The notes beneath the pieces are model-generated. The model did no database searches and was not told where the DNA came from. It was given only the letters and a program-made list of their open reading frames with translations. This document shows positions 19,412 to 29,773 of a DNA stretch of 64,000 bases, one piece after another. The translations under genes were made by a program, and so were the position numbers. The stretch is from Promethearchaeia archaeon (GTDB taxonomy: Archaea > Asgardarchaeota > Lokiarchaeia > Sigyniarchaeales > SOKP01): positions 1-64,000 of the forward strand of contig JAHQWJ010000138.1 in the NCBI GenBank assembly GCA_029856125.1, read 5' to 3'. Every line of letters begins with the position of its first letter. Positions within the stretch are counted from its first letter, which is position 1.

Positions 19412-21607
19412 ATGAAATTTTGCCCAAATTGCGAAAAAATACTATATCCTACTAATAATCGACTTTATTGTAAAGGTTGTTCTCTTTATTATGTCCTGAA
19501 AAAGGGTAGATTAGAAGTAAACAATGACAACGACTTTTTGAGCGAAATTAATCATGTAAATTTTGATGATAACAACTCTAAAGCGGAGTATAAAAAAAAA
19601 TCAGATAAAGATACGAGTAATTCAAATCCTCAAAAAACCAGTTACCTAACCTTTTTTCCTTATGAGCATTTTAGAAGTGAGCAAGAGAATATTATTAAAC
19701 AAATCGAAAAAGCTTCGCTGGAAAAAAAAAATTCTTTACTTGCAGCACCGAACGGGACAGGTAAGACCATTATAGCTTTAAGCGCCATGTTGCCCATAGC
19801 AATTAAAAAAAATTTAAAGATAATATATTTATGTCGCACCCACTCCCAAAACACTCGTATTATCAAGGAACTTACAAAAATTTCTAATAACTTGAGAAAT
19901 AATGATATTAATATTAAGGTTAACGGACTTTCTATTCGGGGAAGGAACGAAATGTGCCTTAATGAAGTACTTTTAGGTTTAAAACTTAATCCCAGAGAAT
20001 CAATGGCTGTGTGTTCAGATTTAAGAAAAAATAGGAGCTGTAAGTTTTTTCTCAACCTAATTAAAAAGAGAGATAAATACGATAATTTAATTAATATCGC
20101 TCCTGAAATTTTCAATAAACCCGTAGATGCTGAAGATTTAATCAAATTTTGTGACGACCAAAAATTGTGTCCTTATTTTTTGAGCAAATTTCTCTTAAAA
20201 GATATGAGGTTGATAATATGCAATTATCAATGGTTATTCAACCCATTTATCCAGCAGAATTTTTTGCAATTTATAGATAAAGAATTAACTAACTGCATTT
20301 TAATTTTTGATGAATGCCATAATATTATTGATGTAGCAACTGATGTTAACTCCCGTAGAATAACCCCGTATACGCTTAGGTTATGTTTAAAAGATCTTGA
20401 GATATATCGTTCACCAACTATTATGCAAACTTTCGTGAAGGCTCTTATAAGTCACTTAGAAAAAAAGAAGAAAAGTCTTAGTTTTGAGAAAGAAATAGAC
20501 GCTGAGAGATTCTTAGTTCAAGTGTATTCTATCTTGCGCATCGAAAATTTAAATGAGTTTGAAAATTTCGTTAATGATTTGCTTGATTTTAGTGAATCTA
20601 TTCACGAAGAGAAATTAGCTAATGGGGACATTTCAAGAGATTTTTTAGGTTCTTTAGCAGATTTCTGGATAAAATGGATAAGGTGTTATCTACTGGAAAA
20701 TTATTTCTTTTGTTATAATATCAAGAAGATTAAAGGGAAATCTACCATCTCTATAGAAATAGTTGCATTAGATCCTCGAGAAATTGCTATTCCTATTTTG
20801 AAAGAATGCTATACCAGCTTACATCTTTCAGGAACCGTAAATCCGTACGTATATAATAATTTGATGGGTTTACAACAGAGTGGAAAAAGTTACAAGGGCA
20901 TAATAGCGGATTCTCCATTTCAAAGACAACATATTAAGGCTATTATAACTGAAGGTGTTGATACTCGTAGAAAAAATCGAAATCCTCCAATGTTTAAAAA
21001 GATGCTCTCTAAAATTGAAGAAGTTATATGTAGCACCCCAGCAAATGTAGGCATATTTTGTGCATCGTATAAAATTCTAAATGCTTTAGCTAATAACGGT
21101 ATTGAATCCATTGCTATGAATTACGACAAGAAATTATTTATAGAGGAACCTGGTCTTTCTGCCTCTGAAAACGCTTATTTAATAAATGATTTTAAATCAA
21201 CAGCTTCTAAGCCCCGAAATGGAGCAATTTTGTTAGGCGTGTGTGGCGGACGAAATTCAGAAGGAGAAGATTATCCTGGTGACCATATGAACTCTGTAAT
21301 CATCGCTGGCTTCCCTTATCACTTACCTACACCTCGTGTTGACGCTAAGATTAAATATTACGATAAGGTTTTTAACGATCAAGGATGGAATTTTGCATAT
21401 CTTTATCCCGCTATTCAACGGGCAAATCAAGCTGCTGGGCGCCCGATAAGGAAGTTAAAAGATAAAGGGGCTATAATTTTTATGGATTTTCGCTTTAAAC
21501 AAAAATCCAAATGGATTGCTGAGTGGATAAGAAAGGAGTTAGAAATTATTCCAGATAAACCTAAAATTCTCTTCCAAAATCTAAAAGTCTTCTGGAAATC
21601 TAATTAG
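19412..21607 (+). CDS. xpd: XPD/Rad3-family Fe-S DNA helicase with N-terminal zinc ribbon
   Basis: Q-motif FPY..FRSEQ, APNGTGKT, four Fe-S cysteines (including CPYF), DECH, LSGT, SEG.DY, QAAGRPIR. Confidence 0.9.
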   Translation: MKFCPNCEKILYPTNNRLYCKGCSLYYVLKKGRLEVNNDNDFLSEINHVNFDDNNSKAEYKKKSDKDTSNSNPQKTSYLTFFPYEHFRSEQENIIKQIEKASLEKKNSLLAAPNGTGKTIIALSAMLPIAIKKNLKIIYLCRTHSQNTRIIKELTKISNNLRNNDINIKVNGLSIRGRNEMCLNEVLLGLKLNPRESMAVCSDLRKNRSCKFFLNLIKKRDKYDNLINIAPEIFNKPVDAEDLIKFCDDQKLCPYFLSKFLLKDMRLIICNYQWLFNPFIQQNFLQFIDKELTNCILIFDECHNIIDVATDVNSRRITPYTLRLCLKDLEIYRSPTIMQTFVKALISHLEKKKKSLSFEKEIDAERFLVQVYSILRIENLNEFENFVNDLLDFSESIHEEKLANGDISRDFLGSLADFWIKWIRCYLLENYFFCYNIKKIKGKSTISIEIVALDPREIAIPILKECYTSLHLSGTVNPYVYNNLMGLQQSGKSYKGIIADSPFQRQHIKAIITEGVDTRRKNRNPPMFKKMLSKIEEVICSTPANVGIFCASYKILNALANNGIESIAMNYDKKLFIEEPGLSASENAYLINDFKSTASKPRNGAILLGVCGGRNSEGEDYPGDHMNSVIIAGFPYHLPTPRVDAKIKYYDKVFNDQGWNFAYLYPAIQRANQAAGRPIRKLKDKGAIIFMDFRFKQKSKWIAEWIRKELEIIPDKPKILFQNLKVFWKSN

Positions 21608-21712
21608 TTTTTTCTCACCATTAAAAGATTGAGGGGTAAAGAATTGGAGAGAGAAGTTTATTATTGATTATCTTTACATATACTCCTTTTCTGTTCAAAT
21701 AACAGTTAAAGC

Positions 21713-23509
21713 TTAGGAATTTAAATTTTCGTATAAAAGAGCTAATTTTTTGGAAACCAAACTCCATGTAAAGTGTTCTTTCACCCTTTTATAACAATTT
21801 TCTTTTAGAGTATAAAAAAATTGAGGATTTAGAAGAACGTGTGATTTTATAACCTCGTCAGGAATTTGATTAACGATCTCAAGCGTATCTGTGTCAAATA
21901 TTGTGTGATTTTCAGAAATATTAACCAAATGAGCGACTTCTTGAGATTTAAACAATGATATTAGAGCTTTTGCGAATTGATCAGGATTATCTTTATCAAT
22001 TAAAATTCCCGTACCCGTTTTTGGATTCATTACAGCATCAACCATAGTTTCTTGCAAACCTCCTACCTTTGTGGCGATAATCGGAATTTTGCATGCCATC
22101 GCTTCTAGCGCCATAATACCAAAAGGTTCCCATCTCGATAGAGCACAATAAACATCCGCAGATAAATGTGCTAATAAAAAAATGTCTGAAGCTACACCAA
22201 AAATGATTCTGATGTTCTGAGGATATTGTTTTACGAATTGTGAATAAGCTTTAATTTCATTTATACTATAATCCGTAGGTAGTATCAAAAAAAGAAATTT
22301 AGCGTTAGGTAGTACTTTCAAAACTTCTGGAACAGCTTCAAAAATAGTATCAAATCCCTTTTGGGGTGAAATTCGGCCTGTTGTTAAAACTAATGGGCCC
22401 GAATCCAAAAAAGCTTTAATGTTACCGTTTTTGACGAGTGGGTTTCCATTCGAAATTTCATTTATAGTGTTTAACACGTTTTGGGAACTAATTAGTGGAC
22501 TTTGGCTGAGATTTCCGATTTTATATTCCAACAGAAATCTCTTCATATTCTGTTGATTAATTTCAGTATTGTCGGTAATTTGCAGAAAACTACGAATCTC
22601 TTTCCCATGAATCTCAATAACCTGATTAAAAATTTCATAATAATCCCAATCGCAACCATCCCAAATAAAATCCGCTTTAAATTCTATTAATCCCTTTCCA
22701 CATTTTGGAATGATATCCGAATTTAAATACGACTCGCTTACAGTAGTCACCATATCCGAAATAATCGCTCCGATTTTTTCAACAATAGGCATTCGAAATT
22801 CTGTTCCTTTATTTTCGTCGAATTGAGATATTTGTAGAATCTGGTTCAAGTTTAACATTTTAAATCCGCTGCTAAGCAGTACCCTGATTGAAGTGTCATC
22901 TATCGCACAAATTTTGTAAAAATTATATTCAAACCTAGGCCTTGTCATTAAGTGTATAGTTAGTATTGATGCAACTTTCAACCCATTTCTTGCTAACACT
23001 TGTTTCATTCCGAAAAAGGGCAATACTACGTGATAATCGTGTAAATGTACTATGTTTGGTATTCTTTCTTCTTTATTTTCAATGAAATAGCGTACCAAAC
23101 AACGAATTCCTAGACTAAATAGCGCAATTTTCCCCATTATGGTATTTGGATTATATACCGTGTTGTCATCTAAAAATTTTGAGGTAAATGAATTTTCGCC
23201 GGATAATAAAATTATTTCAACGTTTTCTTTTTTAAATTTATAAAACGAGATGTTATAACTCGCTACTCTTTCTTCCATTCCAAACAACGTAGGGTTTATA
23301 GTTCCAACACAGGTGAAGGGTAGTTTTTCTAAAGCGTATTTATTCTTTAAATCCTCAACCTTTCCATGTGAGGGCATAAATACGGTAATATTGAACTGTT
23401 TAGATAAATGTTTAGCCTGATTTGCTGGTACTTCTGCAAGTCCTCCAACTTTTGCTACACCGGCATACTCAAATGAGAAAATCCACACGCTTTTCTTATT
23501 TTCCATCAA
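21713..23509 (-). CDS. glgA: Glycogen/starch synthase (GT-B)
   Basis: KVGGL, HLHDYH, TTVS, GRISPQKG, SRWEPFGIMALEAMAC, VGGL. Confidence 0.82.
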   Translation of the reverse strand: MMENKKSVWIFSFEYAGVAKVGGLAEVPANQAKHLSKQFNITVFMPSHGKVEDLKNKYALEKLPFTCVGTINPTLFGMEERVASYNISFYKFKKENVEIILLSGENSFTSKFLDDNTVYNPNTIMGKIALFSLGIRCLVRYFIENKEERIPNIVHLHDYHVVLPFFGMKQVLARNGLKVASILTIHLMTRPRFEYNFYKICAIDDTSIRVLLSSGFKMLNLNQILQISQFDENKGTEFRMPIVEKIGAIISDMVTTVSESYLNSDIIPKCGKGLIEFKADFIWDGCDWDYYEIFNQVIEIHGKEIRSFLQITDNTEINQQNMKRFLLEYKIGNLSQSPLISSQNVLNTINEISNGNPLVKNGNIKAFLDSGPLVLTTGRISPQKGFDTIFEAVPEVLKVLPNAKFLFLILPTDYSINEIKAYSQFVKQYPQNIRIIFGVASDIFLLAHLSADVYCALSRWEPFGIMALEAMACKIPIIATKVGGLQETMVDAVMNPKTGTGILIDKDNPDQFAKALISLFKSQEVAHLVNISENHTIFDTDTLEIVNQIPDEVIKSHVLLNPQFFYTLKENCYKRVKEHFTWSLVSKKLALLYENLNS

Positions 23510-23701
23510 TTTAACTCATTTTTTTTGAAACATGAATTACAGAAAAAAGCCTATGTAATCAATAATTGTATTCATCTAATTATTTGACTTAAAATGTTAT
23601 TTTTATAAAAGGTTAATCAAAAGTGATTATTGTTTGAAACAATAACATGAATAAAAAGATCAATGTAAAAATCAGATTGAATAGATATCCTTTACTTATT
23701 T

Positions 23702-25096
23702 CTAAGATTTATCGTTAATTTCTTTTAGTAATTTCTTCGCATTATTTTCGATATAAGCTCCACACAGAGGACTAAAGCACATAAATGGTTCATACCCGCC
23801 TTCCTTAATATACATTTCTAGTGGGAATAAATAACCTATCCAATCTTGAGTATTCTGGAAAATTAGCGTGTTTTCCTTTTTAGTTGGGGCATGAGAAATT
23901 AGAGTTTTTCCAATATCTTCAAATAATTCGCCGGGAATTGTTATTATTCCAAAAGTATTACCATTACCAGCTGTAAATTTAATAAAATGAATTACTGTTT
24001 TTCCATAATTCTTTAAATTTTTGCGTTCAACCGTAAAAAATGGAAAGTTAACAGACTTGTAATCAAACTTGGCTATTTTAAACAAGAAATATTTTTTTAA
24101 TACCCACTTTGCTTTATTTGAAAACCATACTTTTGAATAATATTTCGCATCTTTCTGGGGAATTAAAAATCTCTTCGTATTTATATCAACTTCTGTCAAC
24201 GTAGAGTAATCCTTTTTAGGAATAGACTTAGCAACTTTTAAAGCTTCTTCTCCAATCGAATAACCTATTTTTTTAGTATGTTTGTAGGTTCCAAGCTGAT
24301 CATAGGATATTGTCTTGTCTTTTTCTATTTTTTCTAGGTTAGTCCCTGAGGTTGTTATTGGATTTAAATCTCCTGACGGACCGTTAAAATAAATAGCTTT
24401 AATGCTTCCGCTGGTTAAATCATCAATTATAGAAATTACCCTCCCTGGAAAATCAGCAGATAACTTATCATTTTTATATGAAAGCGTGGTCGGATGACAA
24501 GAATAATTAATTATAATCCCTATTATCTTATTGTCTTCTAATTTTTTAAAAGCAATAACCCCTAAATCAGGTAAGACTTTCCGAGTTGGCCATCTTCGAT
24601 TAAGTACAATATCAGGGTTAAAACTTTCTTTTTTCCAAGCTATTGTACATGGCTCTAGATCCTCAAATAATTTACTAACCATTCTCACAATTCTATTTGT
24701 TATCCGTACGATAAATCTATCATTTTTGTTATCGGCAAACATCACCCCTTTTATGAATCCTAATGCTCCACCGGGATAATAAAACTCACCCGTAAGATCA
24801 AATGAGGAATGGGTGTGAGTGGCATGCAGAAATATTTCATCTGGATTTAACGACTTAAATTTTAAAATCAATCTCTTTTTAATATACTCAACAATCGAAA
24901 GGGGTAATTTTAATATATCAACCGAAATCATTAATAAATAATTATTATTATTACCATTATTTATGTTTAGTAAAACACCATAAGCATGAATATCGTCCAA
25001 CTTTCCTAAGCAAGGGTCTTTACGAGAATAACCTGCCATGGGTTTTCCTATAAAATCCTTTGGTGTAATTTTTGTACTATTAAACGCAACTTTCAT
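23702..25096 (-). CDS. Neutral/alkaline ceramidase-like metallo-amidohydrolase
   Basis: MAGY, ATHTHS, YSCHPT, SADFPG, GDLNP, PGELF, GGYE. Confidence 0.75.
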   Translation of the reverse strand: MKVAFNSTKITPKDFIGKPMAGYSRKDPCLGKLDDIHAYGVLLNINNGNNNNYLLMISVDILKLPLSIVEYIKKRLILKFKSLNPDEIFLHATHTHSSFDLTGEFYYPGGALGFIKGVMFADNKNDRFIVRITNRIVRMVSKLFEDLEPCTIAWKKESFNPDIVLNRRWPTRKVLPDLGVIAFKKLEDNKIIGIIINYSCHPTTLSYKNDKLSADFPGRVISIIDDLTSGSIKAIYFNGPSGDLNPITTSGTNLEKIEKDKTISYDQLGTYKHTKKIGYSIGEEALKVAKSIPKKDYSTLTEVDINTKRFLIPQKDAKYYSKVWFSNKAKWVLKKYFLFKIAKFDYKSVNFPFFTVERKNLKNYGKTVIHFIKFTAGNGNTFGIITIPGELFEDIGKTLISHAPTKKENTLIFQNTQDWIGYLFPLEMYIKEGGYEPFMCFSPLCGAYIENNAKKLLKEINDKS

Positions 25097-25231
25097 TGGA
25101 TTATATTAAATGGGTTTTGCTCAAAAAGTTTTCTTTTTTAAAATCTACGATAAAAAGAACTGCATTTACGAAAATTTTTATCTTTTCAAATATTTTTTTC
25201 TAGTAATTCAAATATAACAAATGGTTTTTTT

Positions 25232-25525
25232 ATGGCTTTGAATAAATTAGATTTACTAGGACTTGAAGGGGTCATTTCCAATTACAAACAAGGTCGTCAC
25301 ACAATTCACCTAAAGCACTGTATAATCGTATTTCCAAATATTATTAACAGAAAAGAGGCTAATAAATTAATTGGAAGGACCGTTGTATGGGAAAGTTCTA
25401 CGGGAAAGCAATTGAAAGGAATAATTACACGAGCACATGGTAATAATGGTGCTATTAGAGCTCATTTCAAAAAAGCCGGCGTTCCTGGGCAGGCGTTAGG
25501 CACAAAAATTAAAATAATTAAATAG
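25232..25525 (+). CDS. rpl35ae: 50S ribosomal protein L35Ae (eL33)
   Basis: G.I.NYKQG, GIITRAHGNNGAIRAHF, PGQALG. Confidence 0.92.
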   Translation: MALNKLDLLGLEGVISNYKQGRHTIHLKHCIIVFPNIINRKEANKLIGRTVVWESSTGKQLKGIITRAHGNNGAIRAHFKKAGVPGQALGTKIKIIK

Positions 25526-25689
25526 TTCTTATTCAATCGATTCTTATTTTTCTTCTTAGTTATATCTGAATATTACATGATACGGGAATAATATAGCTTT
25601 TTTTATGTTTTAGAATTTCTTATTCTTCTGATAAAGCGATCAAAAATTGGTTGTTTTTAAATTTAAATAATTCGGGTTTAAAACTTATT

Positions 25690-27780
25690 ATGTCGGAGCC
25701 ACACTTCCAAATTTGCCGTTTCTGTCAAAGAAATGTTAAATTAGCGTATTATTGTGAAAGTTGTGGGACCAGCTGTTGTTCGGACTGTCTTCACGAAGAA
25801 AAAATTAAAACATTTGTTTGTCAAGATTGTGACTCAACAGATATAACTATTTCTGAATCAGGAGATAAGAAGATATGTAAAGATTGCGGTGCTGAGAACA
25901 TAGAAAGTTCCAATCAGCTCCTAAAATCATGTCCAAAATGCCATTCGAACCAAATTATTAATATCTATGAAAAAAAAGAAGATTTAGAAAAACATTTTTT
26001 GGAGCTAATTAAAAACTCAAGAGGTTTCATAACTCCCTTAAGAGATTTATTAGGGTCTTTGTATCGATTAAAACAAAAAGTTATAGATGCAAGAGCTCCC
26101 CCTGTTAGGTGTTTTCACTACCCTACTATGGAATTAGATCTATTAGCTCTCTTCAAGTTATTTATATATGCGAAAGAAAATCTTATAGAAAAAATTCGTA
26201 ATTTTCTTCAACATCTATCGCTTAATAAAGAATATTTTTTTGATATTTACACGCAACAAAATTCGAATATAAAGATTATTGAAGATATTTTAGAGAATTT
26301 AACGAGAAGCTATAATTCAATAAATTCTTTTATAGCCAATAATGTAAAAACAATTAGTACGAGCGTCGAGACTCTTTCAAAAAATCTCAATTTTATTGAT
26401 AAGATAACATTTTATTTCATAAATTATCTAAAGTTTCTGAATCTAGCCGACGAAGAAAAACCCGTATATGCAATATATGCAAAACTATCTAACGGCCTTA
26501 ATACTCAAGATAAATTCAAAAAAGATAAAGGAATTCTTTTTATAACTAATTTTGACCTTTCTTTTGTTCGTGAATATGGGAAGCGAAAGAAGAAGCAAGA
26601 GGGTATCTTTAAAGCTCCCGTAAAGGATTTAACCAAAGTTCAAATCAGAGGAAAAATTTTCAAGAAACTTTATATTGAGTTTCCTTACGGTAGATATGAA
26701 TTTTCTCTTCCTCCCAACTCTGCTTCTAGAGTATTAGATTATATTTTACTCGCAAGAAGTTTTGACGAGACAATCGTTTACGATAAAGAGGCTGCTCAAA
26801 AACTTTTTAATATTGAGGTTGATTTGAGTGATCTAACGAACTTTATTGAGGAAGCCATCAATTCTTTCTTCAGTTTGAAATGTAAATATAATAATGTTAA
26901 TCCAAATAATGGATTGGCTAATCACAGTCAGGTATCGCAGGCATTTAATCAAAACCCGAATTATTTGTCTAATATCACAGCAAGTCAGCCTTTGTATAAT
27001 CCTTATCAAAATAGAAATCCCAATGATCCAAACTTTTCCTATTATTCTAATCCGAATTATCAAAATTTACCCGGAAATCCATTATTCCATCCTGGAAACA
27101 TAAAAAACCCTGGAAATTCAAATTACAATTACAATAACGTACCGATTAATCCTCCACCGATTTATAATCAGGACGAATTTTTCTTACAAAACTTAATCGA
27201 TAACAATAGGATTCAAAATTACAAACCCACAAGTTTTAACAATGGTTTCGGAAATCGCATTACAAACGCGGAGGAAAAAAATTTATTGATGAGAAAATTA
27301 GAACAATTACAAAAATATGGCAGAATTTTTCCTAACACACCACCCAATAACTCATATAACTTTGATGTTTTGAAAAACAATCCGGCATACTATGAGCCAA
27401 TAGAAAGGGGTAGACGAATGCCGCAATATGACGATTATTCAAAAAATCACCTATCTGAATTATTCAATCGTGATTCTATTTCAAATTATCCAGATGAAAG
27501 GTCAAAACATTACTCAAAAAAGCATAGTAAAACAAGACGTAAAAAAATGTTTGACCTACAAAAAGAGAAATACAGCCTTGAAGAAACGCTAAAAGCTTTA
27601 GACTCTAAATTTGAATCCGGAAATATCTCCGAAATAGATTTCTTTAAAAACTTTAAGAATTTACAAAAGGAAATTTATATAATCGAGAAAAACCTTGAAG
27701 TTTTAGATGATGACATGGAAAATGACGAGTTTTTAAGGAATACACCAAAAGAAATTGACAGAAAAAGATATTACTCTTAA
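25690..27780 (+). CDS. Multidomain ESCRT-I-like protein: Cys-rich zinc fingers, coiled coil, PH/GRAM-like domain, N/P/Y/Q-rich linker, C-terminal steadiness-box-like helices
   Basis: Six CxxC pairs at the N-terminus; GILFITNFDLSF is PH/GRAM-like; SLEETLKALDSKFESGNISEIDFFKNFKNLQKEIY resembles the Vps23/TSG101 steadiness box. ATG at 25690 preferred over TTG at 25651. Confidence 0.65.
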   Translation: MSEPHFQICRFCQRNVKLAYYCESCGTSCCSDCLHEEKIKTFVCQDCDSTDITISESGDKKICKDCGAENIESSNQLLKSCPKCHSNQIINIYEKKEDLEKHFLELIKNSRGFITPLRDLLGSLYRLKQKVIDARAPPVRCFHYPTMELDLLALFKLFIYAKENLIEKIRNFLQHLSLNKEYFFDIYTQQNSNIKIIEDILENLTRSYNSINSFIANNVKTISTSVETLSKNLNFIDKITFYFINYLKFLNLADEEKPVYAIYAKLSNGLNTQDKFKKDKGILFITNFDLSFVREYGKRKKKQEGIFKAPVKDLTKVQIRGKIFKKLYIEFPYGRYEFSLPPNSASRVLDYILLARSFDETIVYDKEAAQKLFNIEVDLSDLTNFIEEAINSFFSLKCKYNNVNPNNGLANHSQVSQAFNQNPNYLSNITASQPLYNPYQNRNPNDPNFSYYSNPNYQNLPGNPLFHPGNIKNPGNSNYNYNNVPINPPPIYNQDEFFLQNLIDNNRIQNYKPTSFNNGFGNRITNAEEKNLLMRKLEQLQKYGRIFPNTPPNNSYNFDVLKNNPAYYEPIERGRRMPQYDDYSKNHLSELFNRDSISNYPDERSKHYSKKHSKTRRKKMFDLQKEKYSLEETLKALDSKFESGNISEIDFFKNFKNLQKEIYIIEKNLEVLDDDMENDEFLRNTPKEIDRKRYYS

Positions 27781-27794
27781 GTTCTACTTATACA

Positions 27795-27816
27795 ATTCAA
27801 TATGGCTATATTGAAT
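27795..27816. terminator. Hairpin between convergent genes
   Basis: Perfect 9-bp stem ATTCAATAT-GGCT-ATATTGAAT in the 36-nt gap between two stop codons. Confidence 0.5.
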
Positions 27817-28470
27817 CTAGCTCCCTTCCAACTCTTTTCGCAATTTATCTATCTCATCTTCAAGTTTTGCCTTTGTTTTTACTCCCGGTTCTTCTTCTAT
27901 TTCTTCAAAATCTGAAATATAGGCAAGTTCATCGTCAGGGACCTCTGGCATTTGACCACCTTGTTCTAAAAGCATTTCAGTTTCAAGTTGGTTTAACTCG
28001 TCAGTTATATCAATTGCTAAATCAATTTCAGGATCACCAGCAAGAATTTCCGCAGACTCTTCTATTTCCGACACATATAGTTCAGAGTCCTCTGCGATTT
28101 CAGCAATCTTTTCGGGGGCAACTGTAGTAGCTATAGTCTGTAGTTCGTCCCTAATCCCGCCCATTAAGTCTCCCGTCATGGAAATCATCCTGCCCTCAGA
28201 AATTGCTTCGATTTGGCGTTCTATCTTAGATCGAATATTGTTTTGACGATCCACCTTCATTTGATACTGTTTATGGTGAATAAGGTAATTCTTAGCCCTG
28301 GTTCTCTCTCCTCTCTTTATCGCAATTTTAGCGTTCTTTCTGGCGATTTCTGCTCTTTTGTTGTAGGTTTTATTTGATAATGCAATTTTTCTGATATGTG
28401 CTTTAGCTTGAATAACAAGCTCAGTCTTTTCTTTACCTTTTCTAGGAAAAAGTTTTTTTTTAATTGCCAT
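27817..28470 (-). CDS. ESCRT-III / Snf7-family protein (Vps20/32/60, CHMP4-7-like)
   Basis: Basic N-terminal helical hairpin, acidic C-terminal half, DELNQLETE helix, MIM2-like MPEVP and a terminal amphipathic helix. Confidence 0.85.
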   Translation of the reverse strand: MAIKKKLFPRKGKEKTELVIQAKAHIRKIALSNKTYNKRAEIARKNAKIAIKRGERTRAKNYLIHHKQYQMKVDRQNNIRSKIERQIEAISEGRMISMTGDLMGGIRDELQTIATTVAPEKIAEIAEDSELYVSEIEESAEILAGDPEIDLAIDITDELNQLETEMLLEQGGQMPEVPDDELAYISDFEEIEEEPGVKTKAKLEDEIDKLRKELEGS

Positions 28471-28604
28471 TTTTTTTAGTGCTAGAATCTCTTTTATATT
28501 TAATATAAATTTTTTACCTTAAATATTTAATAGAATTTAACTTAGTTTAATAATTCCTATCAATGAAACTTTAATCTTAAAGGTTTAATAGTCCAAAGAT
28601 TGAG

Positions 28605-29717
28605 ATGTTACAAGTGAAAAAAATAATTTTAAATTTCGCTGAAAAATCGGAAATTTTTAACGAGTTAGTGCAAGAAGCATTTAACATGAATTTCCTTGAT
28701 TTTTTAGTTTCGAGAGATACTTATTCAGATTTCAAGAATGTTGAACGTATAACTACTTATAGCAGAGATTTGAGTATTAAAACGCAGAATTTAATATTAA
28801 ATAATGTAGGTGAGCAGCCATTGGGAGTTGATAAAGGAGTAAAAATTGGGCTCATTTACGAGTTGAAATCAAAACAGGATGAAGAATTTATTGTAGAAGA
28901 ATCAAAAAAAGGTATTTTTGCCTTCATTATAGTTAAAGCGCAGGACTGGAAGGTCATCCCATTTGAAAATCTTATCGCAAAAATGCATAAAAATGAGACA
29001 GAATTAATTGCTTCAGTCGAAAGCATAAAGGAGGCAGAATTGATGTTAAAAACCCTTGAAGTCGGCACCGATGGAATATTAATTACTCCCAAAGAAGTAA
29101 ATGATATCATAGAACTAAAAAAATTAATAGTAACCGAATTTAAGGTTGGATTAACAAGCGCAGAAGTTATTGCCTTACAAAATGTCCCCGAAAGCGAAAG
29201 AGTGTGCGTCGATACTACATCCTTATTGAAACCTGGAGAGGGAATGCTTGTTGGAAGCACTGCAAAAGGATTTGTGTTAGTACATGCTGAAGTCTTTGAA
29301 ACTCAATTTGTTTCCTCAAGACCTTTCAGAGTAAATGCCGGCGACGTTTCCGCGTATATTCTAGTTCCGAGCGATGACTCTGAGGAAGGATATCGGACGA
29401 AATACTTAAGTGAATTGAAAGGGGGCGATCAAGTTCTAGTGGTAAATACTAGTGGTGAAGCCAAAAGGGTAACAGTGGGTCGAGTTAAAATTGAAACGCG
29501 TCCTATGTTAAGATTAGAATTAGAAATTGATAAACGAGGAAAGAAGATCAGATTTAATTACATTGGTCAAAATGCAGAAACGATTCGATTAGTTAACTCA
29601 ATTGGAGCACCTGTATCCATAGTAGATATTAAGGTTGGAGACAAAGTTTTGACTCATATTGGTCCCGAAGCAACTCACTTTGGTATAAAAATTAAAGAAA
29701 AAATAATTGAAAAATAA
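28605..29717 (+). CDS. 3-dehydroquinate synthase II
   Basis: DWKVIPFENLIA, LEVGTDG, RVCVDT, GEGMLVGS, RPFRVNAG, YLSELK.G, VGRVKIETRP, QNAETIRL. Confidence 0.93.
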   Translation: MLQVKKIILNFAEKSEIFNELVQEAFNMNFLDFLVSRDTYSDFKNVERITTYSRDLSIKTQNLILNNVGEQPLGVDKGVKIGLIYELKSKQDEEFIVEESKKGIFAFIIVKAQDWKVIPFENLIAKMHKNETELIASVESIKEAELMLKTLEVGTDGILITPKEVNDIIELKKLIVTEFKVGLTSAEVIALQNVPESERVCVDTTSLLKPGEGMLVGSTAKGFVLVHAEVFETQFVSSRPFRVNAGDVSAYILVPSDDSEEGYRTKYLSELKGGDQVLVVNTSGEAKRVTVGRVKIETRPMLRLELEIDKRGKKIRFNYIGQNAETIRLVNSIGAPVSIVDIKVGDKVLTHIGPEATHFGIKIKEKIIEK

Positions 29718-29773
29718 AATGCTCTCTTTATTTAATTCCATTTTATAAATTGTAAAAATAATATAAATATTAA

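Noticed and set aside
19660-20145. Antisense and overlapping ORFs from the track (e.g. 7017-7325, 19660-20145, 28856-29260, 43819-44298, 51797-52258, 41758-42000)
   Set aside because: They lie on the opposite strand or in an alternative frame of well-supported genes and have no recognisable motifs; treated as shadow ORFs.
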